This document shows positions 62,675 through 64,000 of a stretch of 64,000 bases of DNA, piece after piece. The stretch is from Lama guanicoe (taxonomy: Eukaryota): NCBI GenBank assembly GCA_013239625.1, contig MU055530.1:280678-344677 (forward strand), read 5' to 3'. The position numbers and the translations under genes were made by a program. The stretch's first letter is position 1. Every line of letters begins with the position of its first letter. The notes under the pieces were generated by a model. That model had not been told where the DNA came from. It worked only from the letters and a program-made list of their open reading frames with translations, and searched no databases.

Positions 62675-62910
62675 ATTGACTCTGCAACCAGATAACCTGG
62701 GTTCAAATTTTAACACTACCATTAGTGTCTGTGTGACCTTGGGCTAGTTTTCAGCTCCTCTGTGCCTTGGTTTCCTCTGCTGTAAGATGTTAAAGCAGGA
62801 TAATAGTACTTACTTTCTGAGCTGTGGTTATGGTAGGAGTAAATGAGCTAATGTTACGTAGCACGTTTAAAGGAGGGCTTGGCACATTTGCAAGTGGGTG
62901 CGCTTACCAT
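62675..62910 (+). mobile_element. MIR SINE
   Basis: cctgggttcaaatttt..tgtgtgaccttgggctag..ctctgtgccttggtttcctctgctgtaagatg..gtaaatgagctaatg. Confidence 0.8.
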
Positions 62911-63514
62911 TTACAGAGACTGTCTGTCGTCAAACCTGTCCCTGCTGGCTAGGGAAGGGGCCCCAAGCGAGTGACTTAGAGGGCAGGAAGAGCGTTCATG
63001 TTTATCTGGTGCCTGTTGTGTGATAGCTACAGCTGGTACTTCTGTGTATCTTCTCCTTGGAAGAAGAAGCTGAGCATGAGAGGGCACATCTAGCAAGATT
63101 CAAACTTTTTGATTGACTCCAAATTGGCGCTCCTTTCATTGTATCCTGCCACTTCCCATTTGGGTCCTGACACATCTGTTGTCGGCATCTGGGTCAGCCA
63201 CCAGTGTGTTCGAATGAATATGGATGTCTTAATTATTGTTGGTGCCAAAGAGGCAGGGTGGGTGTGCGTCGCTGACTCACTGATGCCAGAGCCAAGGGCA
63301 CAGGCTCTGTGTTCACCCTATGAATAGAATTAAACATGCATGTACACCTTTCTCTTTATCCTCTTCCTTATTCTGTACATTTCTCTGATTTGATCAGCGT
63401 CAGTTTTAAAAGTCAACCTTTGGCTGCTCTGCTGGCTGATTTACCACTGTGATTGGAGATGACATTGTACCACTTGCTGAGTGACAGCAACTTCCTTCCT
63501 ACCCTTAGATACAG

Positions 63515-63700
63515 TGGTAGCAATGATAATGATGGCCTTCGAGGGCTGATTAGATAATCTCATTTATTTCTCTTGAACAACTGTGAGGGAGGTAGTTTTA
63601 TCCCTCTTGGTGGAGATGAAGAAAGTCTTAGGGAGACTGACTAACTTCCTGAAGATATCACAGCCATAAGTGGCCAAGATGGGATTTGAACCTGGCCCCC
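63515..63700 (-). mobile_element. MIR SINE
   Basis: atctcatttatttctcttgaacaactgtgagggaggtag..tcacagccataagtggccaagatgggatttgaacctgg. Confidence 0.75.
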
Positions 63701-64000
63701 ACCACTGCATCCATCAGGTCAGTTCTACTTTTGACTTAATTTGAGCTTCCAGAGAAGATTCTGAGACTTGAAACATTTGAAAATCACTGTTCTAGGAAAA
63801 AGACTCTGGCTGGGAGACCGATGACCTGAGTTCTCACTTGGGGTTGATATGAAGTCACTTGTCTTCTACTGAGCCTCAGTTTCCCTTTCTGTGAAAGTGC
63901 GGCCACATGATCAACCTCAAAAATGTCAGGCTAATGAACACCATGACGGTGCTTTGAACTTTCTTACGCATTTGAAAGCAAGCCTCTTTAGTTGTGCCCA

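Larger units (their letters stand above)
6716..64000 (+). other. NOS1AP: NOS1AP intron 2 (5' part; exon 3 lies beyond the window)
   Basis: Starts at the GTGAGT donor. No YEFKAKNIKKKKV-encoding exon found downstream. Most L1 and LTR fossils are antisense to the + strand, as expected inside a + strand transcription unit. Confidence 0.85.

Noticed and set aside
1-64000. CRISPR arrays, operons or a novel multi-gene system
   Set aside because: Eukaryotic intron: no regularly spaced repeat-spacer array and no long genuine ORFs.

Overview
Mammalian, almost certainly camelid, genomic DNA. The lineage call rests on a tRNA-Ala-derived Vic-1-type SINE with a 14-bp TSD at 35958-36088 and a camelid-like L1 3' tip at 8287. 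The window lies inside NOS1AP (CAPON) on the + strand. The only coding exon I can support is the 72-nt exon 2 (6644-6715, [24 protein letters not shown], start of the PTB domain). The rest is the end of intron 1 and about 57 kb of intron 2, filled with MIR, L2, L3, L1M, MaLR/ERVL/ERV1 LTRs and hAT/Tigger DNA-transposon fossils. None of the ORFs in the supplied track is a credible gene. There are three N gaps; the largest is flanked by a 1367-bp near-identical duplication that is probably an assembly artefact. I found no evidence of a new multi-gene system. The most interesting observations are: (1) a TSD-bounded L1 3'-transduction candidate at 8270-8556; (2) an orphan L1 ORF1-only insertion with diverged TSDs that creates a cryptic acceptor about 1 kb upstream of a retroposed mRNA 3' end with AATAAA, a possible truncating terminal exon; (3) an unexplained non-repeat element with tandem octamers and two adjacent perfect 10-bp hairpins at 28.7-29.2 kb; (4) a MER41-like LTR whose expected GAS region appears replaced by a G-quadruplex motif. 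Repeat subfamily names come from recalled consensus sequences, not a database search, and most repeat boundaries are approximate (tens of bp).
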